Of a stretch of 64,000 nucleotides of DNA, positions 25,301 through 36,329 are shown piece after piece; position 1 is the stretch's first letter; every line of letters begins with the position of its first letter. Source of the stretch: Mobula hypostoma. Lineage: Eukaryota. The notes beneath the pieces were generated by a model, which ran no database searches, was not told the DNA's origin, and worked only from the letters and a program-made list of their open reading frames with translations. The translations under genes were made by a program, and so were the position numbers. The stretch spans positions 116,376,001 through 116,440,000 of the forward strand of contig NC_086108.1 in assembly GCF_963921235.1 (NCBI RefSeq). Direction: 5' to 3'.

Positions 25301-28300
25301 TTGCATGCCATCCATGTCATCCACCGCATCACACAGAGTAAAGCCCCAAACCCTCTTTCACAGTGATAATGAACTGAAGTAACCATAACTTGCCACACTG
25401 ACCAAGAGTAAACATTACTCCCTACACTGACGAGGAGTGACCATTACTCTCCATAGTGACCAGGAGTGACCACAACTCCCCACCCTGACCAGGAGTGACC
25501 ATAACTCTCCATACTGAATGGGAGTTATTATAATTCCCCACACTGACCAAGAGTGATTGTAACTACCTGTGCTGACCGGGAGTGACTTGTGCATGGGAAG
25601 TTGTATCTGACAAACCTCAGTGTTTTTTGAGGAGGTAGATAAGAGTAGGGCAGTGGATGCTATCTATAAAAACTTTAGCAAGTTCCCTCATGGCAGGCTA
25701 ATCTCGACATTAGATCACATGGGATCCAGGAGAAGACTGCACGTTAGCTTCATACTTGTCTCAGTGGTCAGAGGGTGCTAGTTGAAAGTTATTTCTCAGA
25801 ATGGAAACCACAAGGGTCGGTTCTGCAAACCCCTGTTGTCTGTGGTTATTATAAACTATTTGGATGAGAATCTATAAGGTATGCTTAAGAAGTTTGCAAT
25901 GGTATTGTAGATAATGCGGAAGGCTATGAAAAATGATGTGGATCTTGATCAGCTGCTACACTACGTGGGCTGAGGATGGGAAAATGGCTTTCAAATGGGA
26001 GATTTTGCATTTGAAAAGTCAAATCAGGGTAGGACATACACTGAATAGTAGGGCACTGGCGAGTGTTGTGGAACGGAGGAACCTAAGAGCACGGGCATAT
26101 AATTCACTGTAAGTGGAGTCACAACTAGATACGGTGGTGAAATTGGCATTTAGCACACTGGCCTTCATCAGTCAGGGCACTTAGAATAGGAGTTGGGTTG
26201 TTCTATTTCAGTTGTATGAAGTAATTGGGGAGACTGCACTTGGAGAACTGTACAGTTTTAAACAAAAGAAAAGTCCAAAACACCATAAGACATAGAATTA
26301 GGCCATTTGGCCCATTCAGTCTGCTCCACCATTCAATCATGGCTGATCCCTTTTTTCTCCTCCTTAATCTCATTCCCCGGCCTTCTACCTGTAACCTTTG
26401 ATGCCATGACCAATCAAGAACCTATCAATCTCTGCCTTAAATACACCCGATGACCTGGCCGTCACAGCTGCCTGTGGTAATAAATTCCACAAGTTCACCA
26501 CCCTCTGACAAAAGAAATTTCTCCACATCTCTGTTTAAATGGGTGCCCCTCTATCCTGAGGCTTTGTACTCATGTCTTAGACTCCTCCACCACAGGAAAC
26601 ATCCTTTCCACATCTACTCTGTCTAGGCCTTTCAGCATTCAAAAGGTTTCAATGAGATCCTCCATCATCCTTCTAAATTCCAGCAGAGCTATCAAACGTT
26701 CCTGGTATGATAACCCTATCATTCCTGAAATCATCCTTGTGAACCTCCCTTGAACTCTCCCCAATGCCAACAAATCTTTTCTGAGATTAGGAGCCCAAAA
26801 ATATTCAGAATATTCAATGTGAGGCCTTATCGGTGCCTTATAAAGCCTCAGCATCACATTCTATCCCTCAATGTCAGCAAGACGAAGGAATTGGTTGTTG
26901 ACTTCAGAAGGAGTAGCGGACCGCACGACCCAATTTACATCGGTGGTGCGCAAGTGGAACAGATCAAAAGCTTTAAGTTTCTCAGGGTCAGTATCACAAG
27001 TGACCTGACTCGGACCAACCATGCAGAGTCTACTGCCAAGAAGGCCCACCAGTGCCTTTACTTCCTGAGAAAACTAAAGAAATTTGGCCTGTCCCCTAAA
27101 ACCCTCACTAATTTTTATAGATGCACCGTAGAAAGCATTCTTCTAGGGTGCATCACAACCTGGTATGGAAGTTGTCCTGTCCAAGACCAAAAGAAACTGC
27201 AGAAGATCATGAACACGGTGCAGCACATCACACAAACCAATCTTCCGTCCGTGGACTCACTTTACACCGCACGCTGTTGGAGCAGTGCTGCCAGGATAAT
27301 CAAGGACATGACCCACCCAGCCAACACACTTTTCGTCCCTCTTCCCTCCGGGAGAAGGCTCAGGAGCTTGAAGACTCGTACGGCCAGATTTGGGAACAGT
27401 TTCTTTCCAACTGTGATAAGACTGCTGAACGGATCCTGACCTGGATCTGGGCCGTACCATCCAAATATCCGGACCTGCATCTTGTTTTTTTTTTGCACTA
27501 CCTTACTTCCTATTTTTCTATTTTCTATTTATGATTTATAATTTAAATTTTTAATATTTACTATTGATTTGTAATCCAGGGAGCAGGAAGCGCAGAATCA
27601 AATATCGCTATGATGATTGTTCGTTCTAGTATCAATTGTTTGGCGACAATAAAGTATAAAGTATTCAAGACCTTGAAATAAATGCTAACATTACATTTGC
27701 CTTCCTCACCACCAAATCAACCTGCAAGTTAGCTTTTAGGTTGTCTGCACAAGGACTCCCAAGTCCCTTTGCATTGCAGAAATTTGGATTTTCTCCCCAC
27801 TTAGAAAATAGTTTGTACATTTATTTCTTCTACCAAAGTGCATGACTATGCATTTTCCAATATTGTATTTCACTTGCCACTTTCTTGCCCATTCCTCTAA
27901 TCTAAGCTTTTCTGCAGCCTACCTGTTTCCTCAACACTACCTGCTCCTCCAGTAATCTTCATATCATCTTCAATCTTGGCAGCAAAGCCATCTGTTCGAT
28001 CATCTAAGTCATTGATATACAGCATAAAAAGAAGTGGTTCCAACACTGACCCCGGCGGAACACTACTAGTCACTGGCAGCCAACCAGAAAAGGATCCTTT
28101 TATTCCCACTCACTGCCTCCTACCAATAAACCAGTGCTCTATCCATGTTAGTAACTTTCCTGTAATACCATGGGCTTTCAACTTGGTAAGCAGCCTCATG
28201 TGTGGCCCCTTGGCAAAGGCCTTCTGAAAGTCCAAATATATAACATCCACTGCATCCCCTTTATCTATCCTCTTGTAAACTCTTCAAAGAATTCCAACAA

Positions 28301-31300
28301 GTTCGTCAGGCAGGATTTTCCCTTAAGGAAACCATGCTGACTTTGTCCTATCTTGTCCTGTGTCACCAAGTACTCCATAACCTCAACCTTGAGTTATTCT
28401 TGTGAACCTCCTTTGAACTCTCTCTAGTGCCATCTTTTCTCAGATAAGAAGACCAAAACTGTTCACAATACTCAAGGTGAGGCCTCACCAGTGCCTTACA
28501 AAGACTCAGAATCACATCCCTGCTCTTGTATTCTTGACCCCTTGAAATGAATGCTAACATTGCATTTGCCTTCCTCACCACCGACTGAACCTGCAAGTTA
28601 ACCTTTAGGGTGTTCTGCACAAGTCCCTCTGCATCTCAGATATTTGAATTTGAGATCTGGTGAAACTGGAAGGAGTGCAGAGAAGATTTATGAGTATCTT
28701 GCTCGGACTCAATGACCTGAGTTGCAGGGAAACATTAGGCAGGCTAGGACTTTGCTCTGTGGAACATACGAGATTGAGGGATGACCTTATAGAGGTATAT
28801 AAAATCATGAGGGGTATACATAGGGTGAGACTTCCCCAGGGAAATAGCACAGGTTTAAGATGAGAGGGAACCTGAGGGGCAATTTTTCACATGGAGGATG
28901 ATGGGTAAGTGGTGCGAGCTCTTGGGGGAAGTTCTAGAGGTGGGTACAAAAACAAGATATTTGAATAAGTACAAGGATGGAAGGGGATTGAAGGGGCACG
29001 CGGTCAAATGCAGGCAAATGGCACCAGCTCATGGGCAAGTGAACTAAAGGGTTTCCAATCTATATTCCTCTATGACTGACTAGGAGTGAACAATACTCCC
29101 CACAATAAGCAAGAGTGACCGTAACACTCCATATTGATCAGGAATGATCATAACTCCCTATACTGACTAGGAGTCCCCATCAATCCCCACACTGACCAGG
29201 AGTGACCATTACTCCCCACACTGACCAGGAGTGACCATTACTCTCCACACTGACCAGAGGAGACCATTACTCCCCACAGTGACCAGAGGAGACCATTACT
29301 CCCCACAGTGACCGGGAGTGACCATTACTCCCCACACTGACCAGAGGAGACCATTACTCTCCACACTGATCAGAGGAGACCATTACTCCCCACACTGACC
29401 GGAGGAGACCATTGCTCCCCACACTGACCAGGGGTGACCATTACTCCCCACACTGACCAGGAGTGACCATTACTCCCCATACTGACCAAGAGTAACCATT
29501 ACTCTCCACACTGACCAGAGGAGACCATTACTCCCCACACTGACCAAAAGTGACCATTACTCTCCACACTGACCAGAGGAGACCATTACTCCCCACAGTG
29601 ACCAGAGGAGACCATTACTCCCCACAGTGACCGGGAGTGACCATTACTCCCCACACTGACCTGAGGAGACCATTACTCTCCACACTGATCAGAGGAGACC
29701 ATTACTCCCCACACTGACAGGAGGAGACCATTGCTCCCCACACTGACCAGGGGTGACCATTACTCCCCACACTGACCAGGAGTGACCATTACTCCCCATA
29801 CTGACCAAGAGTAACCATTACTCTCCACACTGACCAAGAGTAACCATTACTCTCCACACTGACCAGAGGAGACCATTACTCCCCACAGTGACCAGAGGAG
29901 ACCATTACTCCCCACAGTGACCGGGAGTGACCATTAATCCCCACACTGACCAGAGGAGACCATTACTCTCCACACTGATCAGAGGAGACCATTACTCCCC
30001 ACACTGACCGGAGGAGACCATTGCTCCCCACACTGACCAGGGGTGACCATTACTCCCCACACTGACCAGGAGTGACCATTACTCCCCATACTGACCAAGA
30101 GTAACCATTACTCTCCACACTGACCAGAGGAGACCATTACTCCCCACACTGACCAAAAGTGACCATTACTCTCCACACTGACCAGAGGAGACCATTACTC
30201 CCCACAGTGACCAGAGGAGACCATTACTCCCCACAGTGACCGGGAGTGACCATTACTCCCCACACTGACCTGAGGAGACCATTACTCTCCACACTGATCA
30301 GAGGAGACCATTACTCCCCACACTGACAGGAGGAGACCATTGCTCCCCACACTGACCAGGGGTGACCATTACTCCCCACACTGACCAGGAGTGACCATTA
30401 CTCCCCATACTGACCAAGAGTAACCATTACTCTCCACACTGACCAAGAGTAACCATTACTCTCCACACTGACCAGAGGAGACCATTACTCCCCACAGTGA
30501 CCAGAGGAGACCATTACTCCCCACAGTGACCGGGAGTGACCATTACTCCCCACACTGACCAGAGGAGACCATTACTCTCCACACTGATCAGAGGAGACCA
30601 TTACTCCCCACACTGACCGGAGGAGACCATTGCTCCCCACACTGACCAGGGGTGACCATTACTCCCCACACTGACCAGGAGTGACCATTACTCCCCACAC
30701 TGACCAAGAGTAACCATTACTCTCCACACTGACCGGGAGTGACCATTACTCCCCACACTGATCAGGAATGACCATTACTCTCCACACTGACCAGAGGAGA
30801 CCATTACTCCCCACACTGACCAGAGGAGACCATTACTCTCCACACTGACCAGGAGTGACCATTACTCCCCACACTGACCAGGAGTGACCAACACTTACAT
30901 TTATGGGGTCAGTGGCAAACATTGACTCTTCACCTTCCTCACAGACTCAACCCACAGTGGACACCTCCTCATCTCTAATCTCCACCCCTCTATGATCTCT
31001 GTGCTCCCTCACCTTAACTTCCCCCACTCTCTACTCCATCACTGATGCTGGCTTCCACCTCTGAACACCCTCCTGGCCTTTGCTCTCTTGACCCCTCTGG
31101 GGGTAGGGTTGGTTGGTGTCTATGGCAGGGCGTGTCACACCGGCCATTCTCCAGGAGGCTGCCGGTGGACTGGTCCGGTGTTGGTGGCCAGGCATCAGTC
31201 TCTCAAGACCAGATGAAGGCAGTTTCAGTGTAGACTGTAGGGCAACCAGCAGTGATCCAGATGTTCTACTGAAGACCCTCACCCCCACATCTCATTGCTG

Positions 31301-34300
31301 TAGCATGTGACCTGTCTGCGGCATGTCTTCGTCCTGTCTACGCCCCCCGTCTACTCTGTCTGTCCTTTCCTTGCAAGACTGTCATTGCTTCGGCCACTCG
31401 ACACGCTGCAGTTACCTCCAGCTGCTCAACGCCGCCGTTTGCGTGGGCTGTAGGCACAACACTAGAGGGCCACACTGCCAATTCTGCCGCCTGGGCTCAC
31501 ACCGAAACCACGCGGTGCCGCTGGACCATCACCACGTTTGCCTAGGTCAGTTCCCGCTGCAGCCTCCGCTCTCGCCGTCTCGACCCACCCCCGCCTTTGG
31601 GGCAAGAAGCCAGGACTATACCCTTGAAAGGGCACATGGTGGAAACTTTCCCTCAATCCCTCTGAAGCCAGAGGCTACCCCCACCGGAGCGATCTCCCCT
31701 TCCCCACCCTGACTCTTTGGGGCCAGTCTCTGTGGAATAGCCTACAGGCCAGAGGCAGTACTGGCCCCACCACAAAGGTGTCTTCTTCCCCACACCCTTT
31801 CCTGGTTTGTACTGTGGCCTACATTCACAGGGTCACACAGTACAAAAACAAACTCTTCAGCCCACCATATATATCCTGACTATTGTACCCACTACACCAA
31901 TCAGTCAGGCAGGTCGATCCTGACCCCCAGAACTCCTCCAGTAACTTTCCCACCACTGTTGTTAGTCTCACTGGCCCCATGTCCCTGACTTGTTCTTGCA
32001 ACCCTTCTTCAATAAAATTACTTCATTAGCTATCCCCAATCTTCCAGTACCTTGGCCACAGCTAAAGATGATTGGAGTATCTCTACCAGGCACTAGTAAT
32101 GTCGTCTCTCACTCCCCGTAATGTCCTAGGATACTTTTGGTTAGGTACTGGGTATTGATCCACCTTCAGACACCTCAAAATCTCCAGTGCCTCCTGTTTC
32201 ACACCATCTATATGGTTGAGGGCTGTGATCTTTCCCCAAACTCCCAGTTTCCAAGGCACTCATCTCAGTAAATATAGATGAGAATATTTCACATAATAGC
32301 TTACCAGACTTCTGCGGTTCCACATATAGGCACCCACAGTGATCCATAAGGGGGTCCTTTTTGCTCTTAAAATGCCTGAAGTATCTTTGAAGACTTCCTT
32401 TGATGTTATCTGCAAAGGATGTCTCTTGTTTCCTTTCTTCACTCCTGACTTCCTTCTGATTTGTATTCCTCGGCTTCACCCAGCTGCCTGATGCATGCTC
32501 TTCCTGAATACAGACTCAATATCCCTCATCAGGTCCGACTCCCTAATCCTGCCAGCCATGCTGGCCTCGAACTCTTCCTCTCTCTCACTTCTCAAAGCCT
32601 TACGCTTGCCAAACATCCCTTTCCTTGTAAGTATCCTCCCCAACTCAACCTTTGTAAATTCCTGTCTAAGACCATTAAAATTAATCTTGCTCCAAGTCAG
32701 GACTTTAACTTGTCAATCAGTCCTACCTTGTTCTATAACTATTTTAACATTAATGGTCACTGCTTCTAATGTGCTCCCCGCTGACACCTCGGTCACTTAC
32801 CCAGCCTCGTGTCCCCACAGGAGCTTCGGTGGATGCTGGAAATCCAGAGCAACACATACAAAATGCTGGAGGAACTCAGCAGGTCAGGCAGCATCAATGG
32901 AGGGGGATAAAGAGTGGACATACTGAAAAATAAACGCTACCTGATCTGCTGAGTCCCCCATCTGTTCGCATGTGTTGCTTTTGAAAACTTAACAAATTCT
33001 GACCCAACTAATCCCTCAGCACTCTGGCCATCCCAGTCAATGTTGGGAAAGGGCAGATGAGACACCTGATAAGTGAATGAGAAGGAATCTGATCAGGTCT
33101 CCCCACTTGAAGGAAAACTAACCCAGCCTATCCAAGCTCTCCTCACAACTAATTCAGGGAGCGTGTTTGGCAAACTCCTCATCCCTCAATTCCAGAGCAC
33201 CCATCATACTCCCTCTTGGTCGCACATCAGCTGCCCCATGTCGTCCTGATTTATTTTAGGGCAAGTGTTCCCGTCTCTTGTATTTTATTATGTAGACAGA
33301 GAACATGGAACCTGGCTCATTCAGCCCTTCACCCTAAGGGTCACAACTCGGCAGAAATTCACTAACCATGGACTAAGGCCAATACTCTGACACAGCATCT
33401 GCTTAATCCCCTGTCTGTGATCCACGGAATATAGAAACGGGGCCTTTGCCTATTGTGCCCATGCTCTCCATCTGTACTAATCCTATTTCATGGCAGTTGG
33501 TCTGTAACTTTCCTGCCTTGCTGATTCAGCTATCATAGTTTCTTCAATAATGTGAGCATCTCTGCCTCCCTAACCTCCCCCCCACCCCAGGCTGTATTCT
33601 CGATCCATAAGATACAGGAAAGAATTGGGCCATTCAGCCCAATTGTGCCATTCCATCATGACTGATACCCCTAATGCATCTGACCCCTATTCTCCTGCCT
33701 TCTCCCCGTAACCTTTGACGCCCTGACTAATGAAGAATCTATCAACCTCTGCTTCAAATGTGCTTAATGACTTGGTCTCCACAACCATCTGTGGCACTGA
33801 ATTCCCCAGATTCACCACCCTCTGCCTAAAGAAATTCTTCCTCATCTCTGTTCTAAAAGGATGTCCCGCTATTCGGAGCCTGTGCCCTCTCAACAGGAAA
33901 CCTTCTCTTCACATCCACTGTCTGGGCTCCTGAGATCCACTCTAAACCTGTACCCTCTGGTTTTCAGGCCCTGAGTCTGCGAGGTTCTGTTCTGAGCCTA
34001 TGAACTGTACTCCACACCCATACTCGCACAGGCAGTCCAGTTGGTACACAGTGCTCCTCTGTGCTGCCGAATCCTCACTCTAGTGAGGCTCCCATTGCTC
34101 AGTCTGTCATGTTCAGCTCTGTTAGTCCTGTGCCTTCTCCCAAGAGTGTGGGATTTGGAGCACTGAATCCAGCAGGCTGTGGGGAATCTAACCCATCTCC
34201 TGCTCCAAGAGCAGCCCTTCTCCTGCCTGGGGCAGCACCACCTCGCCGGGTTTGTGTTGACATGTTAGTGAGAATGGCAGTGTGCAGCGTGTGTGTGTAC

Positions 34301-36329
34301 TGTCTTGTCTCTGCAGACTGTGAGTGTCACCCAGATGGCTCTCTGCATCGAGGCTGCAATGATACGGGACATTGTGACTGTAAGGAAGGTGCCACTGGGC
34401 CCAAGTGTGACCGATGCCTGCCCGGATACCATTGGCACCGGGGCTGTCGAGGTGAGTAACAGGTTCTGTGCTGATCCCAGATTAGGTCACAATTAGGCCA
34501 TTCAGCCCATCGAGTCTACTCCACCATTCCAACATGACTGATTTATTATCCCTCTCAAATTCATTGCCTTGCTTTCTCCCCATAACTTTTGACATCCTGA
34601 CTAATCAAGACCCTATCAACCTCCTTCAAATATACCCAATTAACTGGCTGCCACAGCTGTCTGTGGTAATGAATTCCACAGATTCTTCACCACTGGCTAA
34701 AGAAATTCCTCAACATTTACATTCTAAATGGACGCCGTGACCTCTGGTCCGTGACTCCCCCACTATAGGAAATATCCTCTCCACATCCACTCTATCTAGA
34801 CCTTTGAATGTTCAATAGGTTTCTTTGAGATACCCTGTCATTTTTCTAAACTTCAGTGAGTACAGACCCAGAACCATCAAACACACCTCATATATTAACC
34901 TTTTCATTCCTGGAGTCATCTTTGTGAACCTCCTCCGGACCCTCTCCAATGCCAGCGCATCTTATCTTAGACAGGGGGCCCAAAACTGCTCGTAATGCTC
35001 CAACTGCAGTCTGACCAATGCCTTATAAAGCCTCAGCAACATATCCTCACTTTTATATCCTGTTCCTCCCGGAATGAATACTAACAATGCATTTGAAATG
35101 TTCCCTTGTTGTCTGTTCTGAGATTTGCCCCTTTCTTCCGGAGCCTATGCTCATCGTGTGCTGCCGGATGTCAGATTCAGCAGATTGCCCTATCTCCACA
35201 TACTGACATTACGCTCATTGCCCCAGATTTATTCCAGCTGGGATCTCTCCGAGCGATGTCAGTGCTGGATCATCCCGGGCAACGGCAGCGCTGTTTATGC
35301 CTTTTCACGGGACACCCCAGCCTGTATTGATATGCATCGATAGATAGATTTCCGTCGGCCCTCTCTCAGAGTGGGGTGAAAGGATTTCAATGGGCGATAT
35401 GAGTATCATTAGAGTGGCTCTGTGATACCCAGAAGAAGATTGCCCAGGTTGTTTTAAATGTCGTGGTGAACAGCACCATAACTGAATATTTCACTATGTT
35501 TCCCTGTCAGTTTATTTTGCGTCTCCACCAGGGTTCCTTGCGGGAGCATCTGTGTCTGTGGAATGTTTGACCCTGTCTTTATAGTTGATTCCGAAGCTTC
35601 TTACTCCCCACAGGATCTCTTCCCGTTGTTCATCCCTTCCGCCCATCGAGTCTGTGCAGGCCATCAACCACCCATCGGCACCAATCCTACACCGATCCTA
35701 TTTCATTCTCCCCCGCCCCCCCACCCCGATTCCAGCCCTCACCCACCCCTGGGGAAACCCACATGGTCACAGGAAGAACGTGCAAACTTCGCACAGACCG
35801 CAGCAGAGGTTGGGATCGAACTCGGGTCCCAGGGGCTGTGAGACAGCGGCTGTACCGATGCATCACTCTCCAAAGCTTCTGAATTCAATAGGATCAAGGG
35901 CTGTCCACCTGGCACTGCGTGTCTGCTGTCGCATTCAATGAGAACGGCTGATTGTTAGTCGCTGTCTCTGTCCGCTGCCATTGAACCCCGGAGTGAGAAT
36001 GAATGACGGAGGTGATGGTGAGGGGGTGGGGGAGGTGGGGCACTGGGGAGCCGGGGTGGATTTCCGATGAGCTGACCTCTCCTTTCCCTGCTCCTACAGC
36101 GGGCGTGTGCGATAACTTGCTGAGGCGGTGCGAGAACGGCGGAGTGTGCCAGGACAACGGCAGGTGTCTTTGCCCTGCTCCATACTCCGGACTCCTGTGT
36201 GAGAAAGGGCCGTGCGTAAAGGAAGCAGGGGGCTGTTCCTCACAGTCGCCACGGGACCCGCCCCTGCACCGGGTGCTGCTGTCGCTGACCGCGTTGCTGA
36301 CCGCCGCTAACGGGCGCCCGCCGCTCTGA
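22169..36329 (+). CDS. NTNG1: Netrin-G1-like GPI-anchored netrin, 3' partial: join(22169..22341,23976..24002,31378..31545,34317..34451,36100..36329); LE1-linker-LE2-LE3-EGF-GPI signal, 243 aa after the split first codon
   Basis: All introns are GT-AG with compatible phases. Spliced peptide: [106 protein letters not shown]...[40 protein letters not shown]...[17 protein letters not shown]...[18 protein letters not shown]. Family assignment is secure; orthology to NTNG1 versus another paralog is not. Confidence 0.9.
23976..24002 (+). CDS. NTNG1: Netrin-G 27-nt microexon, linker (C)IPDTVSSG(H)
   Basis: Strong pyrimidine tract tctgtctctctctgtctccag and consensus donor gtaagt; phase 1-1. Matches the position and length of the NTNG1 'CIPSISSIG' microexon as recalled. 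Confidence 0.88.
24070..25050 (+). repeat. Degenerate GTGTGAACAG(GT)-type short tandem repeat in netrin-G intron
   Basis: Dozens of GTGAACAG variants in tandem. Confidence 0.85.
25375..25587 (+). repeat. Diverged left portion of the 29-bp minisatellite (cut off from 29080-30890 by LINE insertions)
   Basis: Units such as ACTCCCCACACTGACCAGGAGTGACCATA. Confidence 0.8.
26284..28650 (-). mobile_element. CR1 LINE fragments (-), split by an L2/Rex1-type element
   Basis: Minus-strand ORFs [14 protein letters not shown]..., [19 protein letters not shown]... and [18 protein letters not shown]...; CATAAGACATAG 3' tail. Confidence 0.85.
26860..27663 (+). mobile_element. Young 5'-truncated L2/Rex1-Babar-type LINE (RT C-terminal ORF intact)
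   Basis: [16 protein letters not shown]...SFKFL...[17 protein letters not shown]...[10 protein letters not shown]...[12 protein letters not shown]; 3' tail AATAAAGTATAAAGTA. Confidence 0.88.
29080..30892 (+). repeat. 29-bp C-rich minisatellite (ACTCCCCACACTGACCAGGAGTGACCATT) with 609-bp (21-mer) higher-order repeat
   Basis: The marker variant TTGCTCCCC occurs at 29412, 29731, 30021, 30340 and 30630 (spacing 319/290/319/290). Confidence 0.95.
31378..31545 (+). CDS. NTNG1: Netrin-G exon, laminin-EGF domain 2 (168 nt, phase 1-1)
   Basis: Acceptor tcctttccttgcaag, donor gtcagt. Encodes [12 protein letters not shown]...[16 protein letters not shown]...VCL. Confidence 0.93.
   Translation, partial: TVIASATRHAAVTSSCSTPPFAWAVGTTLEGHTANSAAWAHTETTRCRWTITTFA
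32040..32770 (-). mobile_element. Highly decayed CR1 ORF2 fragment
   Basis: Minus-strand remnants [20 protein letters not shown]...[14 protein letters not shown]...EIFSSIFT. Confidence 0.6.
33605..33950 (-). mobile_element. CR1 3' end
   Basis: [28 protein letters not shown]...[10 protein letters not shown]. Confidence 0.85.
34317..34451 (+). CDS. NTNG1: Netrin-G exon, laminin-EGF domain 3 (135 nt, phase 1-1)
   Basis: Acceptor tcttgtctctgcag, donor gtgagt. Encodes [43 protein letters not shown]. Confidence 0.94.
34490..35095 (-). mobile_element. CR1 3' fragment
   Basis: Same family sequence as 26284-26859 and 49112-49700. Confidence 0.8.
35660..35860 (-). mobile_element. tRNA-derived SINE remnant
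   Basis: Box-B-like GAGTTCGATCCC on - strand and a SINE-type body (GGAAACCCACATGGTCACAGGAAGAACGTGCAAACT). Related copies lie at ~40600-40860 and ~52880-53010. Confidence 0.6.
36100..36329 (+). CDS. NTNG1: Netrin-G terminal coding exon, EGF domain plus GPI-anchor signal
   Basis: Acceptor cctttccctgctcctacag. Encodes [34 protein letters not shown], then a hydrophobic tail [12 protein letters not shown] and TGA at 36327-36329. Confidence 0.93.

Larger units (their letters stand above)
25590..29075 (+). mobile_element. Old CR1 LINE RT fragment (+), split into 25590-26258 and ~28652-29075 by nested insertions
   Basis: Decayed RT sequence ends at ...CTGTACAGTTTT and resumes at GATCTGGTGAAACTGGAAGGAGTGCAG (KLEGVQRRF...). 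Confidence 0.75.

Noticed and set aside
29080..30892. 29-bp repeats as a CRISPR array
   Set aside because: Units are head-to-tail with no unique spacers, there are no cas genes, and the context is a eukaryotic intron.
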